Below are positions 62,436-64,000 of a stretch of DNA of 64,000 bases, one piece after another. The position numbers were made by a program, and so were the translations under genes. The stretch comes from Octopus sinensis (Eukaryota). Position 1 is the stretch's first letter; each line of letters opens with the position of its first letter. The DNA lies in the NCBI RefSeq assembly GCF_006345805.1, contig NC_042998.1, positions 66,464,001 through 66,528,000 on the forward strand, read 5' to 3'. The notes under the pieces were generated by a model. The model was not told the origin of the DNA and did no database searches. It was given only the letters and a program-made list of their open reading frames with translations.

Positions 62436-64000
62436 ACTAAAATGATAATAAAGCTGAATTGAAAACCAAATATATAGTACGGGTGTTTAAATGGCAAAAT
62501 GTGTCCATCCCTAAGTATAACAATATCTCTTTTAACGCACAATTTTACATCAAATATCTTGGAAAACGAAGTAGAATATATTTTAAATCCAACGGAAGTT
62601 ATTTTCTCTTTTTTCGTTTTCTTTCCTTACTTACTGGATCTTGTGAGAGAGGCAGTAACTGTGATACACGCAAGATTTCCTAGACAAATGAAATGCATAA
62701 TAAGTGTCATGATACTCTGTAATTAAAATCTGCAGTATATTCCTGATCTTGGAATGACACGCAGGAGAACAACGTTCTGTTCAGGATAGATATGGTGTAT
62801 TGTGTAGTGCAGGGTCTGAAAGTGAATGGGAAAGATAAGATGACGAGAAACGAGTGGGGTACCGCAAGTCTAACAGCTTCAATGAGAAGATGCTATTATA
62901 GTAGTTGTAGAAAATAACAGAGAGAATAGAATAGAGAGAGACATATGTAACCCATATGCTGCTGTCTCTCCGTGAGTGACATTATGCCAATCAGTTAGGT
63001 CATCGTAATCTGGATACGGTTTTGGAAGCTTGTGTGCTATAGCAGCACCACACACGACGCAAATTGCTTCTTATTATATGCAACGTGAATGCAGTAGTCC
63101 TAAGGAATCACATCTAATAAATGTGGATACGGTTATCTTTCGGTGATGTATAATTAGAGAAGGCTATAAAATGAGAAAAGCGATAAACTTGTCCTTTTGA
63201 ACAATAAATGTTGGTAAAATAGTTGTTTCGTTTAAATTCAACAGATACATCTTTTTTTCTCGCTCTTTCACTAACATAAATGAAAGGTAACAATGATTAG
63301 ATTATTACAGACTCGTGACTAACTACACTAAACTTCAAAATAATGTAGTTACAAAATATAACAAGTTCCGTTCTGTGTTTGTGTATAATGGAGTACAATA
63401 AGAAAAATATGAAAATGATGATTTTTAAGATAAGTAGGAAGGTCTTGAAGTATATTTGAAGTCAACGAGAAATCTCCCACATTGATAACAGTCTATCTCC
63501 GAGGAATTTCAACTAGATATCTCTGAAGGTATCACCAACGTGTCTTAGAAAATTTGAACAGTACAATTGATTATGAAGTTGCGAAATATTCAAATGAGAT
63601 GGTTACTACTGAAAAAAGTTTGATCATAAGTTTCGTTTATCAGGGTTGACGACCTGAAGCCAAGCAATAACTGAACATATTGCGCATGACGTAATTGAGA
63701 TATATATCACGCTTAAAAAGACGGAGATAATTAATTACTCAAGAGAAATCCGTACATAACAAGAAAGATAATGTGCTACGTTGCGTATTTTATAATGCGT
63801 AGCAGTTACTGTAAAGCTGGAATAATTAAGATAGAAGATTAATCATTGAAAGCAGAATGCAAAAGGTGATATTAGAAAAACCAAAAGAAAATTTGACTAG
63901 AAAACAAGTGTACATAGTGTGATTAGGCGGATGGATGCATTTCTGGTTGCAAGCAAATTTCAGCGAACGATCAGTGATTCTATCAAAACCTGTGCTCCTG

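Noticed and set aside
62635-62679. Minus-strand 45-nt exon candidate (tag|..|gtaagt)
   Set aside because: All three frames are open and nothing is recognisable; it cannot be supported without RNA data.

Overview
AT-rich eukaryotic DNA packed with (TA)n, (CA)n, (TAGA)n, (TACA)n and (TAA)n microsatellites and SINEs. The repeat landscape fits a coleoid cephalopod, most likely Octopus (inference). There is no intact protein-coding gene, rRNA, true tRNA or CRISPR array, and most ORF-track entries are microsatellite translations. Identified content: four tRNA-headed SINE families (S1-S4, my labels); two decayed mariner transposons; several Penelope-like elements (PLEs), including a Neptune-like RT/GIY-YIG element with an inverted terminal repeat and a second nearby copy; 3' ends of Tx1-like, R4/Dong-like and CR1/L2-like LINEs; a few weak candidate host exons. 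Two results stand out. (1) At least six sequence-unrelated families of minimal type-I hammerhead-ribozyme motifs occur on small, mostly non-coding elements next to (TA)n tracts. They often form head-to-head inverted pairs (one is a spacer-less ~440-bp palindrome) and carry core variants (U3:A8 covariation and A6U in several copies, U4C in one). (2) A 1.78-kb ORF1-only (half-LINE-like) retroelement with an 18-bp target-site duplication sits inside the head of a SINE that shares its 3' tail. All folds and translations were done by eye and no ribozyme activity is shown. Palindromes and indels near TA tracts could partly be assembly artefacts.
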